Origin: an uncultured bacterium
GTDB taxonomy: Bacteria; Patescibacteriota; JACMRA01
Length of the DNA: 64,000 bases
Reading direction: 5' to 3'
Assembly (NCBI GenBank): GCA_963704645.1
Contig: OY969926.1
Span: forward strand, 320,001 to 384,000
Shown: in pieces, positions 10,786 to 20,654 of the stretch
How the letters are laid out: every line of letters begins with the position of its first letter
Numbering within the stretch: position 1 is the first letter of the stretch
Made by a program: the position numbers and the translations under genes
The notes under the pieces: model-generated
What the model was told of the DNA's origin: nothing
The model's database searches: none
What the model saw: the letters and a program-made list of their open reading frames with translations, nothing else

Positions 10786-12501
10786 TTATTCTTCTGTAGA
10801 TTGCTGGCTTTCCCAAATTTGTCTGTATTCCAAATTATTTTCTAACAATTGTTGGTGGTTGCCTGTGGCAATTATCTCACCTTCCATAATTAAAACTATT
10901 TGATCGTAGTTTTTTACTGGGTCAATTTTTTGAGTTATATTAATTAAAGTTAAATCTGGGTAATTGGTTGCTAATGCCTGTTGAATATTTTTTTCTGTTG
11001 CTAAATCTACTCTGGCTGTAAAATCGTCTAATAGAAGTATTGCAGGGTTTAAAGATAGTGCTCTGGCTAACATTAAGCGTTGTTTTTGTCCTCCAGATAA
11101 ATTACTCCCCCTTTCGCTAATTTCCGTTTCAAGGCCGTTTGGTAAACTAGCTACTAAATCTTCTAATTGAGCTGTGCTAATAATTTTATTCATTTCCTGT
11201 TCAGAAACGTTATGGCTTAAAGTAATATTTTCTTTTAAAGTAGCTGTAAAAATTAAACTATCTTGAAAAACCAAACCCATCTGAGAGTACAGGCTACTAC
11301 TGTTCCACAAAGAAATTTCTGTGTTATCAATTAAAATTTTGCCGCTATCACTTTTTTGCAGTGCAGTTAGTAAATACATTAATTGGGTTTTACCGCTTCC
11401 TGTAGGCCCAAGTATGGCAATTTTCTGTTTAGGTAGAAAGTTTAAATTAATATTTTTAAGAACACCTCGGTTATTAATTTCCAAGTTAATATTTTCAAAC
11501 TGAATTTTTCCTTCAATTTTACCAACGTGAGCGCCGGAACTTACATCGGGGTTAGACTCTGAAATTTCGTTAATTCTTTTTAAAGAAACTACAGCTCTAG
11601 ATGCTGTTGAGCCAATGAAAGACAGTAAGAAAATTGGGGTGATTAATAAAGAAATATAACTAATGAAGGCTGATAACTCTCCTAAACTTAAACTGTTTTG
11701 AATTACTAAATTACCACCCACCCAAACAATAGTTAATATAGCCAAATTAGATAGAAAATTTACTACAGGAATTAAGCTGGCAAAGGCGTTTACAAGTTTT
11801 AAGTTTAAGGCTTTAGAAACCAAACTTACCTGATCAAACTTTTTCATTTCACTTCTCTGAGAGTTTAAAACCCTTATCAGTCCTGCGGCTACAATACTTT
11901 CGTTTATAATCCTGTTTATTTTATCTAAATTTGCCTGTGATTGTTTGAATAATTTACCAATTTGGCTGAACACCAAGACAAAAGTAATAACAATTAAAGG
12001 TATTATGCTTAAAACCCACAAAGCCAATTGCCAGTTTAAAGTTAGCAAAGAAATTACCGAGCCAACTAAAATTAGTATTGCTGAAAAAAATGTTACAACA
12101 CCTTGTGAAACTAAATCGCTTAAAGTTGTAACGTCTGAAGTGAAGTTTGTTAAAATTTTACCTGGGGTTTGTTCTGTTATAAAATGGTTAGTTTGAACAG
12201 ACAATTTTTTGGTCATTTTTATTCTTGTATCAGCTGCAACTTTTTGTGATAAAAAGGCAGTAATTGTACTTTGAAGTATGGTGAATATAAAAATTCCTAT
12301 TGCAATTAAACCAATTTGAATTAAATAAATTTGCCCTTGATTGTAATTATTTTCCTTAAAAACATCTAAAGCCAAACCTGTAAGCCGTGGTACCAGTAAA
12401 TTACCTGCACTTGAAAACAAACTTATTATAAACAAAATTGCTATCCATTTAGAGTATGGTTTTAAAAAACTAATTATATTTTCTGGCTTCTTTTCGGGCA
12501 T
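10786..12501 (-). CDS. ABC exporter fused permease/ATPase with degenerate site
   Basis: TMD plus GPTGSGKT, LSGGQKQR, LLLDDFT (Walker B E->D), ITQK (H-loop H->Q). Confidence 0.9.
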   Translation of the reverse strand: MPEKKPENIISFLKPYSKWIAILFIISLFSSAGNLLVPRLTGLALDVFKENNYNQGQIYLIQIGLIAIGIFIFTILQSTITAFLSQKVAADTRIKMTKKLSVQTNHFITEQTPGKILTNFTSDVTTLSDLVSQGVVTFFSAILILVGSVISLLTLNWQLALWVLSIIPLIVITFVLVFSQIGKLFKQSQANLDKINRIINESIVAAGLIRVLNSQRSEMKKFDQVSLVSKALNLKLVNAFASLIPVVNFLSNLAILTIVWVGGNLVIQNSLSLGELSAFISYISLLITPIFLLSFIGSTASRAVVSLKRINEISESNPDVSSGAHVGKIEGKIQFENINLEINNRGVLKNINLNFLPKQKIAILGPTGSGKTQLMYLLTALQKSDSGKILIDNTEISLWNSSSLYSQMGLVFQDSLIFTATLKENITLSHNVSEQEMNKIISTAQLEDLVASLPNGLETEISERGSNLSGGQKQRLMLARALSLNPAILLLDDFTARVDLATEKNIQQALATNYPDLTLINITQKIDPVKNYDQIVLIMEGEIIATGNHQQLLENNLEYRQIWESQQSTEE

Positions 12502-12659
12502 CTTAATTTTTATTTTATAAATTAAGACAAATCAAACTAAGGTTAAATTGTCAAAGTGACCTGTAGGTTGCTAAGTATGTTGGCGTGCTCATTGATTAAC
12601 AAAAGATACTTTCCCTCGAAGCATCAACTTGAAAATAGATTCTACTTAAACTCTAAAGT

Positions 12660-12689
12660 TTAGACCTTGAAATAAATTCAGGGTGACAG
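12660..12689 (+). repeat. Palindromic repeat family A, short copy
   Basis: TTAGACCTTGAAATAAATTCAGGGTGACAG. Confidence 0.8.
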
Positions 12690-12842
12690 TGCAATTTAGT
12701 TTTATAATTAATTTTAGTTTTACTAAGAATCATTTTCTGGTCTTCCCATTAAAATTTTTTCTAAATATAGTACTTGATTTATTGATGTTTGATTCGAAAA
12801 AACTAAATAGATGAATCATGAAAAAAAGTATCAAAATTTTGC

Positions 12843-12928
12843 TTGACAAGTGTTTTCTAGTCTATTTGTATACACTCAGTTGTTGTATTAGGTAAAAGTT
12901 TAATACTACATTTAGTGTATATACACTA
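12843..12928 (+). promoter_or_regulatory. nrdBA promoter region with putative NrdR box
   Basis: TTGACA at 12843; ATACTACATTTAGTGT (12903-12918) fits the NrdR consensus acaCwAtATaTwGtgt; degenerate second half-box about 30 bp upstream; perfect palindrome TAGTGTATATACACTA 12913-12928. Confidence 0.55.
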
Positions 12929-13057
12929 ATATATTTTTCTAAATTAGCTAATTAGCTTTATTTAATCAACAAAATATCATATTAATAATTAATTTAAAAT
13001 AATTCTTTCTACTAAAAGTAGTTTAGAGTGAATTTTTTGTTTCCAATTCATATATTT

Positions 13058-14011
13058 ATGTCTCAATTACTCGCTCCCAATTTAAATAAATACGTAGTCT
13101 TCGCTGAAGATACTAACGCTAAAGTTTTAGAATTATGTAACATGCAGGAAGCCAATATTTGGTTGGCCTCAGATATAAATTTAACCCATGACGCTGTAGA
13201 CTGGAATAAGCTTACACCTTCAGAGCAAGAATATTTAAAACAAATTCTGTCTTTTTTTGCAGCCTCAGATGGAATGGTTGGAGAAAACCTGGCTTTAAAT
13301 TTTATTCAAGAAGTTCAAATTCCTGAAGTAAGATATTTTTATTATTTCCAGTGTATGATGGAAGCTGTACATGCTAAGGTTTATTCACAGTTAGTAAATA
13401 CATTTATTTCCTCCACCGCAGAAAGAGAAAACATGTTTAACTCAATTCATGTCCACCCTGTAATAAAAAAGAAATCGGAGTGGGCAGAAAAATGGATGGA
13501 CAAAAATAAAGCAACTTTTAGCCAAAGATTAGTAGCTTTTTTGGCAGTAGAGGGTATCTTTTTTGCAGGATCATTTGCAGCCATTTTTTGGATTAGGGAT
13601 AGAGGAATTTTAGCTAACTCACTTGGTGTTGCTAACGAATATATTTCCAGAGACGAAACTTTGCACGCCGATTTTGCAGCCACACTTTATAAAGAATATT
13701 GCAACGATTTAAGCCAACAACAAGTAGAAGACATTTTACTTTCAGCTTTGGAATTAGAAAAAGAATTTAATCATCATGCTTTACCAGACAGATTACTTGG
13801 TTTAAATGCTGAATTAATGGATCAGTATTTAGAGTCGGTTACAGACACTTGGTTGGTAACTTTAGGTTTTAGGAAAAAATTTAATGCGAATCAGCCCTTC
13901 CAATTTATGTCTACTTTTGGTCAGAAACGAAAAGATTTATTCTTTGAAAAAACTAGAACAAATTATGCCAGACAAACAGAAAATAAAGTTTTAGATTTTG
14001 ATATGATTTAG
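13058..14011 (+). CDS. nrdB: Ribonucleotide reductase class Ia beta subunit
   Basis: FFAASDG, EAVHAKVY (metal ligands + radical Tyr), VEGIFF, RDETLH; ATG 13058 preferred over GTG 13028. Confidence 0.93.
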   Translation: MSQLLAPNLNKYVVFAEDTNAKVLELCNMQEANIWLASDINLTHDAVDWNKLTPSEQEYLKQILSFFAASDGMVGENLALNFIQEVQIPEVRYFYYFQCMMEAVHAKVYSQLVNTFISSTAERENMFNSIHVHPVIKKKSEWAEKWMDKNKATFSQRLVAFLAVEGIFFAGSFAAIFWIRDRGILANSLGVANEYISRDETLHADFAATLYKEYCNDLSQQQVEDILLSALELEKEFNHHALPDRLLGLNAELMDQYLESVTDTWLVTLGFRKKFNANQPFQFMSTFGQKRKDLFFEKTRTNYARQTENKVLDFDMI

Positions 14012-14070
14012 GGTATCTTCATAACAAAATCACAAACAAAAATAAACATTTTTTCCACAATACCTTACTT

Positions 14071-14128
14071 GGCGACGCGTTGGTCGCCTCTACAATATTA
14101 ACTTGTGGCGAGACGGGCTCGCCTCTAC
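14071..14128 (-). repeat. Two tandem GTAG-tagged REP-like palindromes
   Basis: Minus strand GTAGAGGCGAGCCCGTCTCGCC and GTAGAGGCGACCAACGCGTCGCC; GC-rich in an AT-rich spacer. Confidence 0.75.
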
Positions 14129-14149
14129 ACATACATTAACAACTACTTT

Positions 14150-16873
14150 ATGCCTCTTACACTTTCTAATGGCCAGGCTTTGAACCAGGTTTATTTACTT
14201 CAAAAACTTCTTCCACATTTAGAAAATCTGGGTGATCAAATTAACCCCTCAGAGGTTGTTCGTCAAACTTTAGAAAGGGCTACAGATAGAATAAGCGAAG
14301 ATGAACTAGACAATTTAATGGCTTCCATTGCTGCTAATTTAGTTAATCATCATCCAGATTATTCGGTATTAGGAGCCAGAATTTTAATGTCTAGAATTTA
14401 TAGACAGGTTGGTCTTCCCGAAGCAACTTTTTTTGATAATGTTAAGCGAATTTATAGCAACACTGTGAACGGCAGTAAGTCTAATAGAGTTAGTCAAGAA
14501 GTGTTTGAATTTATTGAAAGAAATGCCGAAAGTTTGGAAAAAGTTATTAACTACAAACAAGATTTTCAAGATTACGATTATGCGGCGGTAATGTCTTTTA
14601 CCAAGCGTGGACTTGAAACTATTAACGGAATTATAGCCGAAACACCTTCCCAGATGTTTTTACGTGTTGCTTGCGGTTTAAATGTTTATGTACCAAGGTC
14701 TGATTTTGAATTAAATACTTTTGAAACTAGAAATGGTTTCAGACCAAATGCTACACGTTTACAAAACATGACAGACCAAGAAAGATTGTCTGAAATTGAA
14801 CAATACTATAACATTTTATCTAAACGTTTATTGTCTTTGCCAGGTCCAATTTTAATGCACGCAGGAAGTAAGAAAAACCAAATGGCTAGCTGTTTTTTGG
14901 AAGATGTAACAGATTCTTTAACCGAAGAAGAATATCCTGTAACTGGAAATGTTGGTGGAATTATGAAGGCTTTAACACAATTAGCTAAGCAATCTCAGGG
15001 CGGCGCTGGAACTGCAGTTGCCTTCCACGATATTCGGGGTGCTGGAAGCCAAATTTTGTCTAGCAATGGTAAAAGTAATGGAATTCTACCTTTCATGAAA
15101 ATGTTTGATGCTACAATTGGAGCTGTAAACCAAAGTGGAAAAAGGGCTGGTGTTTGCACCATTTATTTGGAACCATGGCACGTTGATGTTTTAGCTTTTC
15201 TTGATGCCGCTAACCATTTTACTATTGAAGAAAAACGTTGTAAAAATTTGTTTTATGCTCTTTGGATGAATGATGTTTTCTTTGAAAGAATGTTGGAACA
15301 AAAAGGTAATGCAAAATGGACTTTGTTTGACCCTGCTGAAGTTTTAAAATATATAGAAAAACCTTTGTCTAACTATTACGGACCAGAATTTAAAGAAAAA
15401 TATTTGTACTTAGAAAGCTTGGGAATAGGTAAAGAAATTCCTTTGATGGAAATTTGGAACAGGGTTTGCGAGCTATTTCAAACTGCCGGAGTACCTTACT
15501 TGGTAAATAAAGATCAGATGAATTTGAAAAGCAATCAGCAAAATATGGGTGTAATTAAAAGCAGTAATGTATGCACAGAAATTGCCCTGGTTGCTAATGA
15601 AAATGAAACTGGTGTTTGCGTGCTTTCTTCACTTTGTGTTTCAAGGTATTTAGACCCTAACCAAGTTGACGGTGTAGATTATAAAAAAATTATTCAGGTT
15701 TCACGAATTGCTACAAGGCACCTTAATAACGTTATAGATTTACAATATTATCCAACCCCGGAAACCAGAAATTCCTGTTTAAAAAGTAGGGCAATTGGTA
15801 TTAGTTTACAAGGTTTAGCCGATTTATTCCACCAACTAAAATTAGGCTATACAAGCCAAGAAGCTAAAAAAATTAATAGTAGAGTTTATGAAGCAATTTA
15901 CTTTGGTTGTATGCTAGAAAGTATGTTGTTGGCGAAGAAGGAAGGGGCTTACTCTGCATTCAAAGGTTCACCTCTATCTAAAGGTATTCTGCAGTTTGAT
16001 ATGTGGGAGGCAGGTGGTGACAATTTATTCTTAGAATCACTATCAGCTGAAGATATTGGTTTAGAAGAAACTCTAGTGGCAGAGATTAATGAGATCGACA
16101 ACTCCAATCTATGGTCTTGGTTAAGATCTGAAATAGTTAAGCATGGTGTGCGTAACTCGGAGGTAACAGCTCAGGCACCAACTGCGGCAAGTTCTATTAG
16201 AATGGGTAATAACGAAATGTATGAACCTTACACAAGAAACGTTTATGTTCGCCAGCATATTGGAGGTTCGGTTCAGGTTGTAAATCCACACTTGGTGAAA
16301 GAATTAATTGAATTAAATTTATGGACACAGGAAATTTTTGACGCCATTATTTACAAAGAAGGTAGCGTGCAAGGCATAAATAAAATTCCTGCAGAAATTC
16401 AAGAACGATACCAAACAGTATACGAAATTGATTGGAAAGCTATGTTAGACATGATGGCAGACAGAGCTATATTTTTATCTCAAACTGGAAGCTATAATCA
16501 TTACACTTCATATCAGGAAAGCGGCCCTACAGCTTTCACCCAGAAAATAATTTATGCCTGGAAGAAAAAGTTAAAAACCCTTTCCTATTACATGCACACA
16601 GAAACTGCCTCCACAGCTAAAAAGGAATTAGGTGGAAACTCTGTGGCTATTCCTACTATGGATTCTAATTCGTCTTTAAATAACAGTTTATCACAAACAT
16701 TAGAAGGTAATTCTGCGGGAATTAATGTAAGTATAAAAACTGGTTTGAACTCTGAGTTTTCTTCAAATTTAATGGACGCAGACAATCAAAATAACGGCCT
16801 TGAACCAAGCAAAATTCTAGCCGACGGAAGTGTTTGCGAAATGAAGGATGGATGTATTGAATGTTCTAGTTAA
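14150..16873 (+). CDS. nrdA: Ribonucleotide reductase class Ia alpha subunit
   Basis: QMASCFL, SSNVCTEI (thiyl radical Cys), VCVLSS, APTAASS, LSYY, C-terminal CIEC; ATG 14150 preferred because GTG 14105 overlaps the REP. Confidence 0.93.
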   Translation: MPLTLSNGQALNQVYLLQKLLPHLENLGDQINPSEVVRQTLERATDRISEDELDNLMASIAANLVNHHPDYSVLGARILMSRIYRQVGLPEATFFDNVKRIYSNTVNGSKSNRVSQEVFEFIERNAESLEKVINYKQDFQDYDYAAVMSFTKRGLETINGIIAETPSQMFLRVACGLNVYVPRSDFELNTFETRNGFRPNATRLQNMTDQERLSEIEQYYNILSKRLLSLPGPILMHAGSKKNQMASCFLEDVTDSLTEEEYPVTGNVGGIMKALTQLAKQSQGGAGTAVAFHDIRGAGSQILSSNGKSNGILPFMKMFDATIGAVNQSGKRAGVCTIYLEPWHVDVLAFLDAANHFTIEEKRCKNLFYALWMNDVFFERMLEQKGNAKWTLFDPAEVLKYIEKPLSNYYGPEFKEKYLYLESLGIGKEIPLMEIWNRVCELFQTAGVPYLVNKDQMNLKSNQQNMGVIKSSNVCTEIALVANENETGVCVLSSLCVSRYLDPNQVDGVDYKKIIQVSRIATRHLNNVIDLQYYPTPETRNSCLKSRAIGISLQGLADLFHQLKLGYTSQEAKKINSRVYEAIYFGCMLESMLLAKKEGAYSAFKGSPLSKGILQFDMWEAGGDNLFLESLSAEDIGLEETLVAEINEIDNSNLWSWLRSEIVKHGVRNSEVTAQAPTAASSIRMGNNEMYEPYTRNVYVRQHIGGSVQVVNPHLVKELIELNLWTQEIFDAIIYKEGSVQGINKIPAEIQERYQTVYEIDWKAMLDMMADRAIFLSQTGSYNHYTSYQESGPTAFTQKIIYAWKKKLKTLSYYMHTETASTAKKELGGNSVAIPTMDSNSSLNNSLSQTLEGNSAGINVSIKTGLNSEFSSNLMDADNQNNGLEPSKILADGSVCEMKDGCIECSS

Positions 16874-16939
16874 GGGTTTGACTTTGAAAGAATTGTATGT
16901 TTCAGTACACTTTGTACTAAAGTAATTGGAGAGAATAAG

Positions 16940-17272
16940 TTGAAATATCTAAAGCACACTCTAACCACGGATGAATTAATGGAATTCATCAACAAATATT
17001 TACCAGAAAACTTACGGTTGGCCGAGGTTACTGAAAGCAGTATTAATAATCTTTTTCAACAACTACAAATTGAATCTTCTACTAATTTCAAGGTTTACAG
17101 GAGAAATGGCGGATCTTTGGTTTTTGTCTACGACGATGGCAGTCTAGAAAGATTTACACTCTTTTGCACTGGTGTATTATATTTTGAATGCTACATTCCA
17201 ATAAGTGAAGCCATGCTACACTTTTCTAAAATCATTGGAAACTTGATTGAAGATCCACTAGCGTTACAATAA
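16940..17272 (+). CDS. Hypothetical protein
   Basis: 110-aa ORF with its own terminator downstream. Confidence 0.55.
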   Translation: MKYLKHTLTTDELMEFINKYLPENLRLAEVTESSINNLFQQLQIESSTNFKVYRRNGGSLVFVYDDGSLERFTLFCTGVLYFECYIPISEAMLHFSKIIGNLIEDPLALQ

Positions 17273-17283
17273 ACAACAATGCT

Positions 17284-17310
17284 AGCCCACAAGTTGGGCT
17301 GCTTTTTATT
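17284..17310 (+). terminator. Intrinsic terminator
   Basis: AGCCCA-CAAGT-TGGGCT then GCTTTTTATT. Confidence 0.65.
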
Positions 17311-17400
17311 GGTTTGCATTTTGCTGGGTTTAAAGCTTGTCTCCAAAACATCAAATTATTAGTCAGACTTTAAACTATAGAGATTAGTGTATTATCCAGC

Positions 17401-17430
17401 TTAGACCCTGGAACAAGTTCAGGGTTACAG
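17401..17430 (+). repeat. Palindromic repeat family A, short copy
   Basis: TTAGACCCTGGAACAAGTTCAGGGTTACAG. Confidence 0.8.
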
Positions 17431-17586
17431 TACACTTAGACTCTTGGCTAAGCTTACTTGGAACTCGAAAACTAGAGTTCACTTTAATTTAATTTACTTT
17501 GATCTTATGCTATCCTCATAATAATGTTTACCTCTTAGATAATTCTATTTGACTAATCTTAACCCCTTTGCCAGCTTAAGGCATAC

Positions 17587-19536
17587 ATGTTATCAGACCA
17601 AAACAATGCCAACAAAACTGGTTTCATACCTAGTACTCGTAATTTTTTACGTAAAGCTTGGCCTATTAATTGGAATAATTTTAAAAACATAAAGTTAATT
17701 CAACAAGTTTTAATTGCTGCTCCGTATCCATTCAAAGCAGCCCTGCTTATATTTGTAGCCATACTGCTTGTGTCTATGGGTTTTTTTGGTTTTGGAAGTT
17801 ACCTTGTTCTAACCAAAGAAGTTCCTGGAAACGGTGGTTTAGCTAGAGAGGCTGTAATAACCAGTGACGTGAAAGTATTTAACCCAGTCTTGGAATTAAA
17901 CAGTCCAATGGAGAAAAAAGTTGTAGAATTAATTTACCATCCTCTTTACAGCGTTACTTACCCAGATTTAGCAATAGCCTCCGCCGAGCCCGAAATTAAA
18001 CCAATTCTTTTAGATAAAAAGCCAGAATGGCAAGATTTGGCAGATATTAAAGTAGAAAACAGATATAAGAGATTGCGTTTCACTTTGAAGAACAATATTA
18101 AATGGTCTAATAATACTAAAATTTCAGCAGCAGATGTAGAATATACCTTTGAAAGATTAAAAGAAGATAGGGGAAATTCTATTTTTAGAACGGCTTTTGC
18201 AAATATCACATTTGAAAGCATTTCCGAAACTGAATTCGATTTGGTTGCGCAGGTTTCTACACCCAAATTATTATACAGTGCTAATTTTAGTCCTATTTCT
18301 AAAGCTTTTTACGAAGGAATTTCTACAGAAAAATTATTAACAGATCCAAGATCTTTTAAGCCTACAGCCACTTCTGGCTATTTCACTATTAATTCTGGCA
18401 CAGCCAAAGACCCAGACACTGGTTCTAACCGTGAAAACCCTTTCCGAGATTCCTCTACAGGTTTAATAGAAGCTGTTTTATTGGATAAAAATAAAGTTCA
18501 AAATATAAGTTCAAACGTTTTGATAGATCAATATTATATTCAAAAAGTAGCTAATTTATACGACGCAGGAGGAAATACTCAGTCTGTTGAGAGATTGGCA
18601 AAATCTGGTAAGTTAGACTTGTTCCAAAGAAATTTGGCCGCAGATTTAGGTATAACTTCTTCAGAGACAGCTGGTAAATTAAAGATGAATCAAACCACTT
18701 TACCTACCAACACCTTTTACAGTTTGTTTTTAAATATTAAGCTAGATAATAATACTGGTTATTTTATAAATCAATTTTTAAGAAAATATGTTGTCTGTAA
18801 TTTTCTAAATTACCAATTAGACCAAAGATATTCTTCTCAACTTGATAATATAGAAAAAGAGAAACGTTTAGTTCCAATTATTTTTGGGCAAAGTGTAAAT
18901 TCAGACTGTCCTGAAAATGTAGACACAGTTTTGGATAACCCAAAGTCTAGTAGCGGTGAAAAAGTATATACAATTAAATTTGACCCAGCTACAGGTATAA
19001 AAAGAGTTTTGTTGTTTGGTGAAGAGTTTAGAATTACTTTGGTAGGCCCGCCTAACACAGAGCCACTTTTAAGCGATATTCAATCTTTCTTTCTTTCCAT
19101 TGGTGTGCCAGCTAATTTGGTTAGTGACCCAGATCAGGTGGCGAATAGCTTGCAAAACAAAACCTATAATGCAGCTTTCTTACCAGTAACTTACACTAGC
19201 CAAGATCCTTACCCTTTATTTGGAACTTCAGGACAAGATATTCTTCAAGCTAGTAAAAATAACCGTATTTTGTCTTATAAACTAGAAGAGAATTTGCGTA
19301 AATATTCCGACTCAAACTTAACAGACGAGGCCTCTAAGAAGACTTTAATTGAATTTTTTAGCAAAGAATATGTAAATGTAAATTTGTTTAGGTCAAAGCA
19401 AGAAATTAACTACACTTCTAAAATTGCCAATATTAAAACTCAGCTACCTGCTTTAATTACTTTTGATGAAGAAATATATAGCCAAATTCCTAATTGGTAT
19501 GTTTCAACTAAACGCCAATTTTGGTACGAGAAGTAG
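17587..19536 (+). CDS. Family 5 (OppA-like) extracellular solute-binding protein, divergent, TM-anchored
   Basis: FTLKNNIKWSNNTKISAADVEYTF signature; EVPGNGG after the N-terminal TM helix. Confidence 0.75.
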   Translation: MLSDQNNANKTGFIPSTRNFLRKAWPINWNNFKNIKLIQQVLIAAPYPFKAALLIFVAILLVSMGFFGFGSYLVLTKEVPGNGGLAREAVITSDVKVFNPVLELNSPMEKKVVELIYHPLYSVTYPDLAIASAEPEIKPILLDKKPEWQDLADIKVENRYKRLRFTLKNNIKWSNNTKISAADVEYTFERLKEDRGNSIFRTAFANITFESISETEFDLVAQVSTPKLLYSANFSPISKAFYEGISTEKLLTDPRSFKPTATSGYFTINSGTAKDPDTGSNRENPFRDSSTGLIEAVLLDKNKVQNISSNVLIDQYYIQKVANLYDAGGNTQSVERLAKSGKLDLFQRNLAADLGITSSETAGKLKMNQTTLPTNTFYSLFLNIKLDNNTGYFINQFLRKYVVCNFLNYQLDQRYSSQLDNIEKEKRLVPIIFGQSVNSDCPENVDTVLDNPKSSSGEKVYTIKFDPATGIKRVLLFGEEFRITLVGPPNTEPLLSDIQSFFLSIGVPANLVSDPDQVANSLQNKTYNAAFLPVTYTSQDPYPLFGTSGQDILQASKNNRILSYKLEENLRKYSDSNLTDEASKKTLIEFFSKEYVNVNLFRSKQEINYTSKIANIKTQLPALITFDEEIYSQIPNWYVSTKRQFWYEK

Positions 19537-19537
19537 T

Positions 19538-20632
19538 TTACTCTAAAATAATTTTTGGCCCACTTTCATCTGATAAAACACTTCTTTCTATTCTAGGTGT
19601 TTTAGCCAGTTTTAATTTAACTTTAGGTTGATTAGGCTGAGTAGGTCTATTTTTATTTGCAGTATCGGTTTCATTCTGCTGATTTTGTTTTAAATCTTTG
19701 TTTGTTTTCGTAGAAAATTGCGACCTCGAAGTATTATTTTGCAGGGCAGGCTTCCTTTGCTCTTTATCTTTTTGCAAGTCTTGTGTCTTAGAGTTGATAT
19801 TACTAGTAACTTTTTCAACTTCTGTAATTATATCCGCAACTTTTTTTGGCTCAACTCTTCTTGGTTTGGTAGTTATTTCCTTAACTTCATTTTGGGCTTT
19901 GTCTAAAATATCTGAGCCAGTTTTTCTAGTTTTTTCTAGTTTAGCCGGAATATTATCGTGGTTTGTGTAATTTTCATGACTAGGTTTTTTGGGTTTATTT
20001 TGGGTTAAAATTAAAACACCCTCTTCTCCGCTAATATCATTTTTAGTTTCAACCTCAACCTCCACATTGTTTTTGTTGTTATACTTACGCCACACATGGC
20101 TAATTCTGTTTAAGAAGAAATACCTACCTGCTTCTTGATGTAATTCGTACGAAGTAAAACCTCCAATTCCTAAAATAATGGTTTCTTTGCCAAGGCTTTC
20201 TAAAGCAGTAATTAAATAAGTAAAATCTCCATCACCGCTTAGTAATATTAAAATATCGTAGGTGTTCAATTGCAACATGGCATCTACAGCCAGCTCAATA
20301 TCCATATTTCCTTTCTTAGAATCTTCAAAAACTTTAATGGGCTTTTTTGTTACCTTATAGCCACAACTTTGCAAACCCTCAAAGAATTCCATTTGTTTTT
20401 CATCTTCTGGGTCAAAAGCTGTGTAGAAGTTTAAATTTACGCTTTCGCAATTTTCTAAAAACCAACTAGCTACTTGGAAATAATCAATTTTAATTTTGCT
20501 AACACTAGATGCATAATACAAATTTGCAGCATCAATGGCTACGCTTACCCTTTTTCCGCTAACTAATTTAGCAAATTGAGAAGTTAAATCGTTCTTATTT
20601 TTCTGTGGAATAAAACCTGCTTTTTCTGCCAT
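19538..20632 (-). CDS. NYN (LabA/DUF88) domain protein with long low-complexity tail
   Basis: IDAANL, KGNMDIELAVD, LLSGDGDF. Confidence 0.88.
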   Translation of the reverse strand: MAEKAGFIPQKNKNDLTSQFAKLVSGKRVSVAIDAANLYYASSVSKIKIDYFQVASWFLENCESVNLNFYTAFDPEDEKQMEFFEGLQSCGYKVTKKPIKVFEDSKKGNMDIELAVDAMLQLNTYDILILLSGDGDFTYLITALESLGKETIILGIGGFTSYELHQEAGRYFFLNRISHVWRKYNNKNNVEVEVETKNDISGEEGVLILTQNKPKKPSHENYTNHDNIPAKLEKTRKTGSDILDKAQNEVKEITTKPRRVEPKKVADIITEVEKVTSNINSKTQDLQKDKEQRKPALQNNTSRSQFSTKTNKDLKQNQQNETDTANKNRPTQPNQPKVKLKLAKTPRIERSVLSDESGPKIILE

Positions 20633-20654
20633 GTAACTTTGTTATCTTTTTAAA

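Noticed and set aside
14150-16873. Intein or intron in nrdA (also checked recA)
   Set aside because: The insertions are short, with no intein terminal HN motif or homing endonuclease signature, and the frames are continuous.
2747-17272. Shared 'EL..(L/F)...YLP' pattern in two small orphan ORFs (2747-2965 and 16940-17272)
   Set aside because: Too short to support homology without a profile search.
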